This document shows positions 25,416 through 40,624 of a stretch of 64,000 bases of DNA, piece after piece. The stretch is from Hypanus sabinus. Lineage: Eukaryota. The first letter of the stretch is position 1. Each line of letters starts with the position of its first letter. The notes beneath the pieces were generated by a model. It had not been told where the DNA came from. It made no database searches and worked only from the letters and a program-made list of their open reading frames with translations. A program made the position numbers and the translations under genes. The DNA lies in the NCBI RefSeq assembly GCF_030144855.1, contig NC_082709.1, forward strand, positions 24,056,001 through 24,120,000, read 5' to 3'.

Positions 25416-26374
25416 TGACCCATACAGTACTTAAAATGGAAAGGAGTACAGCATAATGTGCCTGATGCAGGCAAATGGGATTAGCATCACTATCAGCATA
25501 GACAATTTGGGCCAAAGAGCCCATTTTGTGCTTTATAGCTGTGTAATTCTTTATCAACATGCAGTGCTAGTTACCCAATTTTTATCTTAATCAGAAGAAG
25601 CTGCACATAATTATGCTTTTGGAAGGGTGTTACTGCTGCCCACTGAAGTCCAAGAGTTTAAAATAGTCTGGTCAAGCCCAGTGATGGAGGCTAAGCCCTC
25701 AACACTTTTGCATCAATGATTGCCTTCCAACAACTATTGTCCATTTGTATGATGTATGCTTCAAGACTGGTGTATTTTCCCTTTTATGCCATGCTCAGTC
25801 ATTCAGTCAGTTGTTTCTTCTGAAATTCAAACGTCTTGAACATAGTTCATCTATGCGCGCATTGTGGGTGAGAACAGAATGGTTCTGACAAGATTAAATA
25901 TAAACATCTTCAAATCAGGCCATTGCCTACACATTTTATTCCCAAATTCATGCACATTCCAGCAGCTTATTATCTTCCACTGTACTTTTAGTTCTCTATC
26001 TGCCTTTCTCAGCAATATAATTAGTGATGGGCTAACTTTCAGCTGCCTCATTACTCACTCAAACTTCTTCCCTAACTCCTTTTTATCTCTTGTGTCTGTT
26101 TCTTTTTCCTGAAGTTTTGAGTCACCTCCATCAATAGCTCAGTATTTATGACCTATTGGTTTCCATACACAATTCATCCTTTCATTTAATAGTGCATTAT
26201 CTCAACCCAATCAGTTTTGACGATGTACTGTTACTGGACAACTCCAGAAATGAAGAAGTGTGTTTTGATGATGTACAGCTCTGAATTCCAACTGTCCATG
26301 TGAAGTTATCTGGCTATAAACTATTGTTAGTAATAGCTAAAAGAAATCCCAGATAAAAACAATGGTTGTGCATG

Positions 26375-27150
26375 TTAGAAACATAGAAAACCTACAGCAC
26401 AATACAGGCCCGTCAGCCCACAATGCTGTACCGAATACATACTTACTTTAGAAATTACCTAGGGCTACCCATAGCCCTCTACTTTTCTAAACTCCATGTA
26501 CCTATCCAGGAGTCTCTTAAAATGCCTTATCATATCCAGCTCCACCACCGTCAGCGGCAGCCACTCACCACACTGTGTAAAAAAGCTTACCCCTGACATC
26601 TCCTCTGTACCTACTTCCAAGCACCTTAAAACTGTGTCCTGTCATGTTAGCCATTTCAGCCCTGGGAAAAAGCCTCTGACTATCCAGACAATCAATGTTT
26701 CTTATGATCTTATACACCTCTCATCCTCTGTCGCTTGAAGGAGAAAAGGCCAAGTTCACTCAACCTATTCTCATAAGGCATGCTCCCCAATCCAGGCAAC
26801 ATCCTTGTAGATCTCTGCACTCTATCTATAGTTTCCACATCCTTCCTGTAGTGAGGTGACCAGAATTGAGCATAGTACTCCAAGTGGGGTCTGACCAGAA
26901 TCCTTTATAGCTTAAACATTACCTCTCGGTTCTTAAACGCAATCCTATGAAGTCCAATGCTCTGTATGACTTCTTAACCACAGAATCAACCTGTACAGCA
27001 GCTTTGAGTGTCCTATGGACTCGGACCCCAAGATCCCTCTGATCCTCCCAAGTGTCTTATCATTAATACTATATACCATTATATTTGACCTACCAAAATG
27101 AACCACCTCACGCTTATCTGGGTTGAACTCCATCTGCCACTTCTCTCATA
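26375..27150 (-). mobile_element. CR1 LINE 3' end (METTL5 intron 1)
   Basis: MEFNPDKREVVHFGRSN; tail seen as TAGAAACATAGAAA on plus. Confidence 0.85.
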
Positions 27151-28134
27151 TCTGGACTTTTCAGGTGGTAATCAGGCTTCTACAAGACTTGCCTCTCCAT
27201 TTCACTCAGTGGAAAGTGGGAATGTTATTCATAGTAAACTACAATAATCCTTTATCTGATCATTCAGCTGTTTGGTAGTTCCAGTGGTTCTGGCTCAGGG
27301 TATGCTGATTCCCATGCTCTCATAAAATGCACTAGAGCTCTGGTCCTGAAACCTGCTTCAGCCTGCTTCCTATATTCTCTTTAACTCTGCCTTTGCAACA
27401 TTTCCTGTGCTCCTTTTAAGATTATTTTGGTCCCATTGCCCACACTCCATTTAAACTTGCCAGAACTATTTAGAGCACTCGCTTGAATTGGTTTCACTTG
27501 AAAAATTATTATACTATTCTGTAATATCTTTTAAAAAGGAAGTGAATTAAAAGCATGTTAGAGTATTAATTGGAATAATAAAGAACTCTGGAAAATCTCA
27601 GTTTAGCACCAAAATCCTGAGCACACCAGATTAAAAGAATTTTATTGTATAAATTAGCATTGGTCTTACTGGTACTGATCCGAAATGTAGCTTGGAACAA
27701 AATGACAGTGGCTGAGGTGGCTGAGCATTTGGGTGAAATAATCCAATCTAAATGACAGTTCGGTATCTTTATATATAATTACAGTTCATAGTAGAAATGA
27801 TTTTGACTCAGTAAATACAGTTCCCACCCACCCCTCAAAAATAACCAAAACAGAAACAAGCACCTAACCTAAGAGGATTGCCTGAAGGTAGTTCTTTTCA
27901 CTTTTCAATATGATTGAATTGAATTCATGCAATCAATGTCACACCAATTAATTCATAGGGAACGTAAGCGGTAGAGGCTCATATTTTTCAACATTGCCAT
28001 GTTCTGACTCCTCACTTGGCTTGTCCCTAGATCCTTGAAGTCTTTTTACACCCTCCACACTCATCCCACCTGGGTGAGTATCAACAAGCTTAGATTTATC
28101 ATGTTTGATCCCTTCAGCCAAATTATTGATGTTT

Positions 28135-28400
28135 GGAGCAGCACAGTAGTGTAGTGGTTAGCACAATGCTTTACAGTACCAGAGACATGGGTTCAATTCC
28201 TGCCACTGCCCGTATGGATTTTGTTTGTTCTCCCCGTGACTGCGTGGGTTTCCTTCAGATTTTCCGGTTTCCTGCCACAGTCCAAAGACTTATCGGACAG
28301 TATGTTAATTGGTCTTTGTAAATAGTCCCATGATTAGTCCCATAAATTGGAGGGGAGCATTTGCTGGGCAGAAGGGCCTGGTCTGTGCTGCATCTCAATA
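28135..28400 (+). mobile_element. HE1-like V-SINE
   Basis: Aligns by eye with 2731-3005; B-box GGTTCAATTCC. Confidence 0.8.
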
Positions 28401-28682
28401 ATTAATTAATAAGTAAAAATGATTATTGTAATTAGTTGGGCACCAAGCAACGTTCCCTCTCAAAGCCACAACCTGTCAACTTCAAAAGGTTAATTTTATC
28501 CTACTCTTTGTTTTCAATTTCATAACCGATTTTCAGTCCATGATAGGGTATTAGCCCTTTAAATCATGCTTAATTTCACTATGTCTCAAGCATGGCTATA
28601 CCAGAAGGTCCACTATTTTGCCTCACACAAACACAATATAATCACAGTGGAGAAACTGCATAAACTTTAAATACTTCAATAA

Positions 28683-28826
<144 letters not shown>

Positions 28827-29362
28827 TAAGTGGACTGCAAAATATAGGAGTGAAATATTTAGAGTAAAGTAAGAATTTGTGGACTTGTATGCAAATGCAT
28901 AGCTTTGGCTTCAAAATCTAATGTAACATCTCAAATCTAATGAATCTATACTATTTTCACTTTGCAGTTTTTTCATTGATGTTATTCATTTTTAAAGGAT
29001 AGCCTCAATTTTCTGCAAGAGTCAATGTCTTACAGTTAAATGTCATGTTTAGTAGTGATATTACAGGCATTGATTCATGCTCTCTGTAATTTAGCTTCTA
29101 TTATTCCGGCCTGGTTAAAATAATTTGTATTGAATTTACAACATTAACACATTTTCACACTATCCTTAAAAGCTTCACACCCAGTTGCAGTCATCGATGT
29201 AGATAAATGCAGCCAATTTGCAGTCAAACTCATTCTACAAGATCAAACTTCCTACCTTTCTGGTCTCCTAAGGCAGAGAAAATTTTAAATTAACTTTTCA
29301 TTTGAAAGGCCCTTTCTGACAATGGGTGACATTCAAAACAAAGACTTTCACTGTATCTTAGT

Positions 29363-29850
29363 ACAGTCAGCCGTCCTTATCAGCGCAGATTCAACCAACC
29401 GCGGATCGGAAAAACCCGGAAGTTCTCTCTCCAGCACNNNNNNNNNNNNNNNNNNNNNNNNNNNNNNNNNNNNNNNNNNNNNNNNNNNNNNNNNNNNNNN
29501 NNNNNNNNNNNNNNNNNNNNNNNNNNNNNNNNNNNNNNNNNNNNNNNNNNNNNNNNNNNNNNNNNNNNNNNNNNCCCCGAGTTATGAATGAGTTCCATTC
29601 CTGAGTCCGTCTTTAATTCAGATTTGAAGTCGGAACAGGTACATCCAGTATTATTTAGCGTCAGTCAGTCAAACGTTTTTCTTAGTATATAGTGCATATT
29701 TACCTTTCTATGCATATAAAACACTTAAGAAACATACGTATTTCAATAATTTAACCACTGCGTTGCTTAGTAATAATTGTAGCTTTCATTGGGGCAGGGC
29801 CTTTCACATGCTCCATTAAAATTGTTCCGATCGTTGACCAACTGTAGCCT
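29363..29850. mobile_element. Tigger-like MITE fragments on both sides of an assembly gap
   Basis: TA-CAGTCAGCCGTCCTTATC terminus and GATTCAACCAACCGCGGATCG motif. Confidence 0.45.
29438..29574. other. Assembly gap (N run)
   Basis: Run of n. Confidence 1.
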
Positions 29851-30349
29851 TAAATGAGATGGGGCAGACTCAAGCGGCTAAGTAACCACCTTTGTCAAGT
29901 ATAATTCAGTGGTTCTGTGCTTTGAGTCAACTCTCAGTCTCATGAGCTGCAAAGTGTCCACAACAAATGGGCTATCCGGAGTCTCTATCAGGAAGAGACT
30001 CTTGGCTTTTCTATCAAACTAATTCTTGTTTTTGTCAATGGCTGGGGACTGAGGAACTAATTAATAGCAAATCCAAGGAGCTTTTGGATTGGAAGCTACA
30101 CATTTCCTTGAGGGGGGAAAAAGCTGTACAAGCTCCCAGTGACAGATTCCCAGCAAAACAACTTAAAAAAATAATGGTGATGGTGGAGAGAGGACACAGG
30201 TGGTTGAGCAACCCACAGATAACTAATGACATGAGCAGGTTGTTTTGTGCTGCAAACCTCTTGCAGCCTAATTATCCCAAGCCACCCAGAGCTGGGAAGG
30301 GTAGTGAACTCATGAGATAAAAGTAACTACCAGCACCTTTTTGGAAAAT

Positions 30350-31800
30350 GATTGTGAAGGCGTCTCGAACTTCAACTCTGTTATGAGTGATCCTTGACCC
30401 TATCCTCAGTAATGTTATTGAATTACTGCTGATGAAGATTAGAAGATTGGATCACAATTCAAAAATAACAAGTTTCAGTTACAAATTCATAGCCTCATCA
30501 TCGACATCTAGGAAGTTGAAGATAGCCTAGGAGACCTTGGATTTATAATCATGAGCATCTCTCAAAAAAGGAAGTCCGACTGTGGTAAGCACAGGTGTTC
30601 TTTGCTTTCTCGCACAGGAAGCCCAAAGGGCTGCTTTCCAACCACAGGGTGGGTTCTGTCAATCCAGAGGCATTGTGCACATGATCTTCATCATGTGACA
30701 ACTTATAGAAAATGTCGGGTGTAACACTGACCACCATGCATGCCTTTTCTCATCTCACCGAAGCCTTTGACTACATCAGTCAGTAGAGATTATGGGATAG
30801 CCTCCAAAATCATCTTTCCACTGAAATTTGTCTCATATTACACATGCTTTATGAATCAAGCAAGCCACTATATTAACTGATAGATCTACAGTTGCTCCAT
30901 TCTGTACACTGACCAGCATCCATGAAGACCGAATCATTGCCCCAACACTTCCTTCAACCCTTCATGCTGTACTGTTGTATTTCTTTTCCAACAAACTTGC
31001 TACCAGAAAGATCACTGTTCTCAAAGGAAGCTAGTCAATGTAAGGCAACAACACTCATGAAACAAAGATACCCAAATTTTAGGAGTCCAGAGGTTGGATG
31101 CAGACAAGCTTTGTATTATTGTATCCTAACAGGATGAGCTCCAAGTCGGCATTGGTGCTTTCACTAAAGGATCCAAAACGATGGACCTGGTGTAACATCC
31201 AGAAGGACAACATCCTCTACTATTCCACACCAGTTGTGCCACACTCTCCTCCCAACATTGAGGTTCATTGTGGATCATTTCCCAAATCTCAGGAGCCACT
31301 TCCCAGTGAAGAAATTCACCAGTCTTCAATGTGTCAACACAGTCTCTGGTTGATTGTGGAAAGATTGAGGCTTAGACACCATGAAGCTCGTGATCTCTAG
31401 GCAGCAGTGATCCTGGCTGTCCTTTCTGTTTTGTGTCACCTGGCCCACCTTTAGCAGACACCTTAAGACACTGGGAGAGTACCACAAATACTACATAATC
31501 TATCATATTCATTGGAAGAATAAGTAAACCATTGTCACTGACCTCTCTGAGGCCCATTATTTTTGCCCCATCAGATATCACAGACACTCTATTTGAGCTC
31601 TGTCATGGGCAGAGATTATCGTGTTGACAGGAATAGATTCAAGGGAAGCTTTCTGAGGAGAAGACAACATCTACAATAATTCAACAGTAATCCCTGAACC
31701 ATTATTGCTGCATGTGGAGAGGAGCACTGTGGATGGTATTGAGAATCTCAAGATGGTGCATCTCGAATACACAGATATTCTCCACCTCACAAACTATCTG
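30350..31800 (+). mobile_element. Very old RTE-like LINE remnant (METTL5 intron 2)
   Basis: GCCTTTGACTACATCAGTCAGTAGAGATTATGG resembles the RTE 'KAFDTVSREGLW' motif; otherwise highly decayed. Confidence 0.4.
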
Positions 31801-32364
31801 TACTGTCAATTACCACCTAATTGCAAGCTGTGGTATAAAATTTATTAAACATCAATCATACTTCAAGTTAATTTTCTAAATAGTTAACTGCTGATGCTCT
31901 TACTTATTTTGCATTCCATTTTGTTAGACTCCATTTACCTAACCCAATTGTATAATTTATCTAAGTTCATGTGTATGGTAACATCAGTAGTGCAGTGGGA
32001 AGAAGAGGAAGAGGACAAGCTACTGAGAAAATTTTAGTCACAAGGTTCATCTTTTGATATATATCATTGAAAAAGATGAACAAGTGTTGTATGTTTACAT
32101 CCCATCTAGAGCTGATGTGAATTTTGGTTGATGAATTAAAGGATGCTTGTTGATTCATGTGAGCACACAGTGATTTTTGTTTATTCATTAATGTTTGGGA
32201 TTTGAGTGCAGCTGGCAAAGCCAGCATACCTTCCCCATCCCCAGCTGGACTAATAGCAATATGTTCTTACCTTGAACCATTGCAGGCTTTTTGATGAAGC
32301 TGTTCCCACTGAAGAGCTCTATGATTTAAACTGAGTAATAATGAAAAAGCTGGAGGTATATTTA

Positions 32365-33078
32365 AGACCATATGACATAGGAGCAGAACTAGGCATTCAG
32401 CCCATCAAGTCCACTCTGCCATTCCATCATGGCTGATCCAGGATCCCATTCAACTCCATACACCTGCCCTCTTACCATATCCCTTGATGCCCTGACCAAT
32501 CAGAAATCTATCAGCTCTGTTGATAGTTTCACCCATGGACTTGGCCTCCACCACAGTCTGTGGCAGAGCATTCCACAGATTCACTACTCTCTAGCTAAAT
32601 AAAATTCTTCCTTACCTCTGTTCTAAAAGGTTGCCCCTCAATTTTGAGGCTGTGCCTCTAGTTCTGGATCCTCCCCCCAGAGGAAACATCCTCTCCACAT
32701 CCACCTTATCTAGTCCTTTCAACATTTGGTAGGTTTCAATGAGATCCCCCCTGTATTCTTCTAAATTCCAGTGAGTACAGGCACAAAGCTGTCAAATGCT
32801 TCCCATATGTTAAACCCTTCATTTCCCAGAATCATCCTTGTGAACTTCCTCTGGATGTTCTCCAATGACAATACATCCTTTCTGAGATATGGGGCCCAAA
32901 GCTGTTAACAATACTCATGCAGCCTGACCAGTGCCTTATAAAGTCTCAGCATTATCTCCTTGTGTTTATATTCTATTCCCCTTGAATTAAATGCCAACAT
33001 TGCATTTGGCTTCTTTACCACAGACTCAACTTGTGAATGAACCTTCTGGGAGTCTTGCACAAGAACTTTCAAGTCCCC
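32365..33078 (-). mobile_element. CR1 LINE 3' end
   Basis: Colinear with 11757-12445. Confidence 0.85.
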
Positions 33079-33584
33079 TTAAGTGGAGTTGGTATGCAAT
33101 TTGGAAAGGAATCTACAGGTTACATGTGCCTGATCCTTAGTGGTAGAGAACGTGAGCTTAGACAGAGGTATCAGAGTATCATGGATAAATAACTACTGCA
33201 TATTTGTAGATGCTACATGGAAGGCATTCCCTGCTAGGGTGGAGGTAATGAATATTTTGAATGGTGGATAAGGTGGTAGTCCATTAATTGTACTTGTGAC
33301 AGTTGGTATAATTTAAAACTGAAAGATAAACCCAAAAAAGGAATACGAGAGGTGATTGATAAGTTTGTGGCCTAATGTAACTGGAGATGCAGTTCAACTC
33401 TTTGAGTGATTATACAGGAAGTTTGAAGTTAACTTCTGTGGTATTTCTGTTTCAGATAATTGAAAATTGCAAATAAGCAGTGTCTGAGAAAGTGGACCTT
33501 AGGCCAGGAACCTATCAATCACCCCTCGTATGGTTACAGAGGCACAACACAGAAACCCCAGTCACATTAAATGGACAGGATTGA

Positions 33585-33968
<384 letters not shown>

Positions 33969-34961
33969 TGAAGATGAGTTAAGCTTTTGAGTTTCTGAGT
34001 TGCAACTTAGAACCAGATACTCAGGCACTTCACAGGTTGCACTATAAGAAAATCATTTGATTACCTCAGAATAACACATGTATCATATGGTTTCATTGTT
34101 AATTATTGTTGTTGCTTATTATGCAAACAATTTCAGGCACTTTAAACAAATGAAAATCTGGAGGAACCAGATCTGCAAACAATTTCCAAATCCATTTTTA
34201 TCAGTAAATTTCAATTGCATGGCAATTAACAATGGCAGAAGCAAGAAATAAAGCCTCATAATAAATCTGTATTCTCCCTTCGAGTTCAGAGCTCAAATTC
34301 AAATCCATATTAGAATTATGTACCCAGCAAGAATCCTCAGTAAAACATTACAAAAGCAAAATAATCCAGACACTAGAAATCTAAATCACAAAATATTGAG
34401 AATTCTTGGAGGCAACGGCAGCATCTGTGCAGAGATGAACAGTTCACATAAACTACTCTCACCACAAGTATATTATCTGTTGTTTCCACCATCTTGTATC
34501 TTTTTTTCCAAATTTTTTTAGGGTGATAATGCAATACTGGTTCAAAGAAAGAGTAGTAAAGTTTTGTCACTCTCATTAAGATAGCCAAACTTTGATAAGG
34601 ACATTTAGTTGCAAGTACACATCAGGTTCTATATGTTACTGAAATCTAAATATGAATTTTAAAATTATGCAAAAATACTTGCATTTTACATTAACTTCTG
34701 TAATCTCTGGAAGCCTTAAGTACACATGATGTGTACCCACTCTGGTAATGGAGGGAAAGGTGGCTGACAGTCTGTGCAAGATCCCACGGACATGAAATAA
34801 CCAAGTTTTAAAATAATACTACATACATTGATCAGAGCGTCAGTCCCCAGAGTTTCTTTAAACAGTGACACTACAATGATTGGGAAAATGGGGTTTCAGT
34901 TTAATTAAACATCCACCAATTCAGAGTCCATCGTCATTGCATTGAAATATCAAACTATATA

Positions 34962-35932
34962 CAGTGGATTCCAATTAATTAGGACCAAGTCACTTTGCCA
35001 ATCAAGTGGCTGCCCCAATTAGCTGAAGTTTCAAGTAAGTAGTTAAGGTATAAAAAACAGACTGAGTAACAAATTATATATTTAAGTGAAATACAGGACA
35101 AAGTAGAACACTACCAATACTACTACAGTACTATAAAACTGTGTATTAGTTCCTAATATTATTAACGGAGGAATTCATCCAGTGTTCGCAATGCCAGCAC
35201 CTAGAGCAGATAATGGACTGCATTGATACAATACTTCTGAGGAATGCATCCTCCAAATCTTCATTTTCATTGTGACGTTCAAGATGATTGTTGATACCCT
35301 CAAATTTTTTGTAGTGCCTAACTTGTTGAAGTAGTGAAATCATTTCATTTTCACTCCCAGCCATTTCTGGCATCTCCAAGCCTGAATGCTTGAAGGAGCA
35401 GCGAGCAAAAGAATTCCAGCTTGTCTTACTGCTTAGTTCTCACCAACAATCAGTGACAAAGTTTACAGCTTTTTAAACACAAGCAAACTCATGCAACTGA
35501 AGCTATTTAAAAACTTTAACACTTTAAGCATGTTGTAGTGTCTAATGGCCACATGAGTGCCCATGACTGACACTAGTTAGAAACTATTTGCCAATGGTAT
35601 CCTGCCCCGATTAAGCCACTTGTATCCCAAATAAGTTAAGGGAATTTTCTCAAAAAGCTTTTGTTCTTTAGGAAATAAAAAACACAAAATGTTGGCAGAA
35701 CTCAGCAGGCCAGACAGCATCTATGGAAGGAGGTAATAACGACGTTTTGGGCTGAAACACTCCCCGAAACGTTGTTATTACCTCCTCCCATAGATGCTGT
35801 CTGGCCTGCTGAGTTCTGCCAGCATTTTGTGTTTTTTATTTATTTCCAGCATCTGCAGATTCACTCGTGTTGCCTTTGTTCTTTAGGAGTTGTCCCTAAT
35901 AAGTGGCTGTCCTGATTAACCAGAACCCACTG
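34962..35932 (-). mobile_element. Non-autonomous Tigger-like DNA transposon with nested Penelope hairpin
   Basis: TA-CAGTGGATTCCAATTAATTAGGA ... CCTGATTAACCAGAACCCACTG-TA inverted termini; acidic transposase-tail-like remnant 35146-35379. Confidence 0.75.
35674..35874. repeat. Penelope-derived palindrome (about 79-bp arms) with 14-bp target-site duplication
   Basis: Arms 35673-35751 and 35763-35841 are near-perfect reverse complements; TTTGTTCTTTAGGA at 35660-35673 and 35875-35888. Confidence 0.9.
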
Positions 35933-36346
35933 TATTCTTAAGCTTAATTGAAATATTTTCCCAACTTCATGCTTTTGGTAGTAAAAAATGCTACCGTGGC
36001 AAGTGCTATCATTCAAGGTAATTAAACCACAGTGCCATATTGCCTGGTATAGCAGGTGTTCTACCACTATTTATTGCTTAAATACCCAGGAACACATTGA
36101 CTGTTCATGACATTTGTTTGTTTGAACGTATCCACATCTAGTGGCCACGTAGTACTTGTAAAAGTAATAAAGTGGCCTTGAGCTGCTTTGAGATATTCTG
36201 AGTATATTGGAGTTGCTATATAACAACTTTACAGTTGAATTCATGCTGAACTTATTAATGCTGCAGAATTATAGTAATAAATACAATTAAGCTATTTCAT
36301 CTAATTTTTGCGGTATTGAGAGATGACTCAGAATGCTGCTCTTCTC

Positions 36347-36348
<2 letters not shown>

Positions 36349-36384
<36 letters not shown>

Positions 36385-36405
36385 TGCGTGCGTGCGTGTG
36401 TGTGT
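36349..36405. repeat. (TG)n/(CGTG)n microsatellite
   Basis: Alternating purine-pyrimidine tract. Confidence 0.97.
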
Positions 36406-36629
36406 TTAATTTTAAAACTATGAAGAATTGGAATGTAAAAGCATGGATGGTATATGGTGACCGACTGATACTAGCATCATCAGTTTGTCAGTTAATTTAT
36501 ATCATTATCTATGACCACTTCAGATTCTGGTTATTTACAAGTATTTCCTTTGTGAGCTAACCTGCTTGAGGGAGCAAGTAAAAGAGACTCAAGTAAATTA
36601 AGTCCTACATCAAGCAAGCAAAATATTGA

Positions 36630-36827
<198 letters not shown>

Positions 36828-37199
36828 TAGATGGGTTTTATATTGATCATTAGTTTAGAAAATTATTTAGATAAATGACTCTCTTACTTACAATTTTGGA
36901 CTCCAGAAATGAAGAACACTGTCCAACATTGCCTGAGCACTTCTATCTGGTCACCTCATGCACTTTCCTGAAGAATATATTCATGCCATTATTTTGATAT
37001 TAATTGTTCATCTCCAAGTCCTTGACCTGGTGCTCTCTACTTGACATCTCTATGAGCAGGTGAATTGTACTGGTTCAAGAAGATGGTCACCATCTCTTTT
37101 AAGGGTAAATACGACCAGTTACCAGTAATACCAGCAATATCCTTACCCCAATTAAGCAAAATTTTCTTATGGTTGTCAACCTCCATATCCTCCAACCTC

Positions 37200-37745
37200 C
37201 ATAAGAAAGCATGTTGGCCTTCATAACAAGGGGAGTTGAGTATAGGAGTAAAGAGGTCCTTCTGCAGTTGTACAGGGCCCTGGTGAGACCACGCTTGGAG
37301 TATTGTGTTCAGTTTTGGTCTCCAAATTTGAGGAAGGACATTCTTGCTTTTAAGGGAGTGCAGCATCGGTTCATGAGGTTAATTCCCGGGATGGCAGGAC
37401 TGTCCTATGTTGAAAGATTGGAGCCAATGAGCTTGTACACACTGGAATTTAGAAGGATGAGAGGGGATCTGATTGAAACATATAAGATTATTAAGGGATT
37501 GGACACGCTAGAGGCAGGAAAAATGTTCCCAATGTTGGGGGAGTCCAGAACCAGAGGCCACAGTTTAAGAATAAGGGATAAGCCATTTAGAACAGAGTTG
37601 AGGAAAAACTCAGAGATGAAAAAGATGTGGATCTCTGGATGCTTTCAAGAAAGAGTTAGGCAGAGCTCTTAGCAGAGTCAAGGGATATGGGGAGCAGGCA
37701 GGAATGGGTTACTGATTGTGGATGATTAGCCATGATCACATTGAA
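37200..37745 (+). mobile_element. CR1 LINE 3' fragment, relatively young
   Basis: 153-aa open stretch [38 protein letters not shown]. Confidence 0.92.
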
Positions 37746-38299
37746 TGATATATCCTTTTTATAACAAGAGTTCAGAGCAATGCTTTCCTGAAAGTATGTT
37801 CAAATCAAATTTACATTTGATTGAATTACATTTTTCATATAATTTTTTCACATAGATATTTCCAATGCAGAATCTGTGCAGACTTGGGTTGTCTACCAAA
37901 TCAAATGCTCAAAAGCCAGTCTTGAGAGATGAGATGGTTTACTTCTGTTCCCATTTCCTATATACCCTAGAAGGTGAAATCTTGAATATTTCTGTTTCAC
38001 TCTCAATCACCCAAACCTTCCCAGGATTGAGATAAAAGTCAGCAGACATGAATGAATGTACAACTTTGAAATTGGTTTGATTTGCAGGTTAGATACATTT
38101 ACCAATGAAATTACTACAGAAGCTTGTTACAAAAATGGCTTACTGTCTTAAGACATCGCAAGTGAAATAGAAGGAAATAGTCAGGATCTGCTTTTCTCAT
38201 TTGGGTATATAAGAAATGAGAACAGAAGTAAGCCATCTAGACTCTCAAGACAGCATGGCCTTTGAGCAAGATCATGATTGTATTAACATCATTACATTT

Positions 38300-40190
38300 T
38301 AAGATAGTTATTTATAAGGATAAAATTGGATCTTGCTGGAAGGTACAATGTTATGGGAGGGTAGATTATGACAGGAAAGGATAGGAACTAAGGGCATTTA
38401 TTGGGAGCAGCTGCTGATGGAAAAGTCCAAGACTGACGTGGGATTTGTTTAAAGACGAGCTGATTGGAGTTCAAGAGAGTTATATTCTGGTAAGGATGAA
38501 AATGGAAACCTTGGATGACAAGAGGTCCTAAATTTAATCTGGAAAAAAAAGGAAGCATACAGAAAGTTTATAAAGCTAAAATTAGACTGAGCCCTTATGG
38601 AATATTAATATAGCAGGAAAGTGATGAAGTTGGTGATTAGGAAGGTCAAAAAGGGCCATGAACTGTCAAGGATCAAGGACAATCCTGAAGCTAGATAATG
38701 TTAAGAAGATAGCTAAGGAGAGGGTAGGTCCACTCAAGGATAAAAGGGAATTTGTGGTTGGAGTCAGAACAAGTGCTTGAGGTATTAAATGAGTACTTTG
38801 TAGCAGTATTTATCAAGAATTTGAAGGATTCTGATGGCAGAGTGGGACATGCGAATGTACTAGGACATTTTGAGATTGAGGAGGAGGTAGTGCTGGATTG
38901 CCTGAAAATCATTAACATGAATAAATCCCCAGGATATTGAAATAAGCGAATGAGGATCTTGCTGGGACTTTGACAAGGATGCTTGTCTCCTCACTAGCAA
39001 CAGTCAAAGTCATAGTTAACTGAAAAGTAGCAAATATTTCTTTGCTCAGGAAAAGAAGTAGAAATGATCCAGGTAATTGTAGGCCTGTGAGCATCACATC
39101 AGTGATAAGGAAGCTATTAGAGAGGATAGTGAGGGGTAGGATATATGCACAGTTGTAAAGGTATGGCCTGCTTAGGGACAGTCAACATGGGTTTGTACAG
39201 GGCCAGTAATTTATGAACTTGAGTGTTTTTTTGTGGAGGTGATGAAGGAGCTTATTGAGACTAAGCCAATGGATGTTATCTATGTGGACTTTAGTAAAGC
39301 ATCTGATAGAGTACTTCTTAGTAGGTTGATTCAGAAAATAAAGATGCATGGGATCCAGGGTGAATTGCAAGCTTGGATTCAGAATTGGCTTGCCCAAAGA
39401 CAAAGAGAAGGAATGGAATTCAGGCTGTTATTCAGGCTGGAGGTCTGTGACCAGTAATATTCCATAAGGTTCAGTTTTGGGACCTCTGTGATAAATATTG
39501 GTGATTTGGATGAAATTGTAAATGGGTGGATTAGCAAGCTTACTGGTAACAGCAAGATTGGTGTAGTTGTGGACGAAGTATCAAAGACTACAGTGAGATA
39601 TAGATCAGTTACAGACACAGGCAGATGGAGTTTCATCTGGGGAAGAGTCAGATGCTGCATTTTGGGAGGTCAAATGAAAGTTTGCAGTTAATGGTAGACC
39701 CCTTAACAGCATTGAGGTACAGAGGAATCTTGGGGTCAAGGTCCATAGTTCACTGAAAGTAGATATGCAAGTGGATAAGCTGGTAAAGAAGATGTACAGC
39801 ATGCATATCTTAATTGGTAGGGATGTTGCAGCTATTAAAAAAAAACTTAAATCAAACTTAATTTGGAGCATCACATACAGTTCTGATTGCCCCATTGGAT
39901 GTGGAGAAGATCAGAAGAGGTTTACTAGGGAGGCTGCCTGGATTAGTGTGTATGAGCAAAATGGCAAGACCAACTTGGGTTATTTTCCCTAGAGCATCAG
40001 AAGCTAAGGGGAAACCTGACAAGAGCATTTTAAAATTATGAGAAGCATAGATAGGGTAGATAGTCAGTCTTTTCCCCAGCGTTGAAATATTGAACACCGA
40101 AGGACATTTTTTTAAGGTTTGAGGGGTAAAGTTTAAAGGCAACTTGATGGGCAGGATCTTTTTTTGGGCAGGGAGTGGGTTACCAGGGGT
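38300..40190 (+). mobile_element. Long decayed CR1 LINE (METTL5 intron 4)
   Basis: EVLNEYF, NKSPG, DVIYVDFSKASDRV, HGIQGELQAWIQNWL motifs in order. Confidence 0.85.
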
Positions 40191-40356
40191 AGTTCACATA
40201 ATGCTATTGAAGCAGCACATTAGATTACCACCTTTGGGAATGACATATAAAGAGTAAAGTCATCGCTGGTAGTTGAGAAAAGCTGTTACACTTATTGTTT
40301 ATTAAAAAGTTATGCTTTTTTAAAGTGTGCCAGTTAAACATTAATTTCCTTTGTAG

Positions 40357-40408
40357 CATATTAAGAAGAAGGCTGATGAATGGAAAGTAAAGATGGAAGT
40401 AATTGCTG
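40357..40408 (+). CDS. METTL5: METTL5 coding exon 5
   Basis: HIKKKADEWKVKMEVIA; TTGTAG / GTAAGT. Confidence 0.94.
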
Positions 40409-40624
40409 GTAAGTCCATTTACAAGATAAATACATTTTCACTACTGCAACTGTGGTTCATAAAGACTGGATTCCAGTTAATTGGGGTAGCTGGTTACTTG
40501 GAACAACTCTTAAAGAAAATAACAATTTCTGATTAATATTGTGATTGTAACTGTTTATTAACCAAATACTGGTGTGTACATATCTATGAGGATTTCAAAA
40601 TATTATCCAATATCAAGAGTTCTT

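Noticed and set aside
29322-29598. ORFs containing long X runs
   Set aside because: Artefacts of translating the N gap
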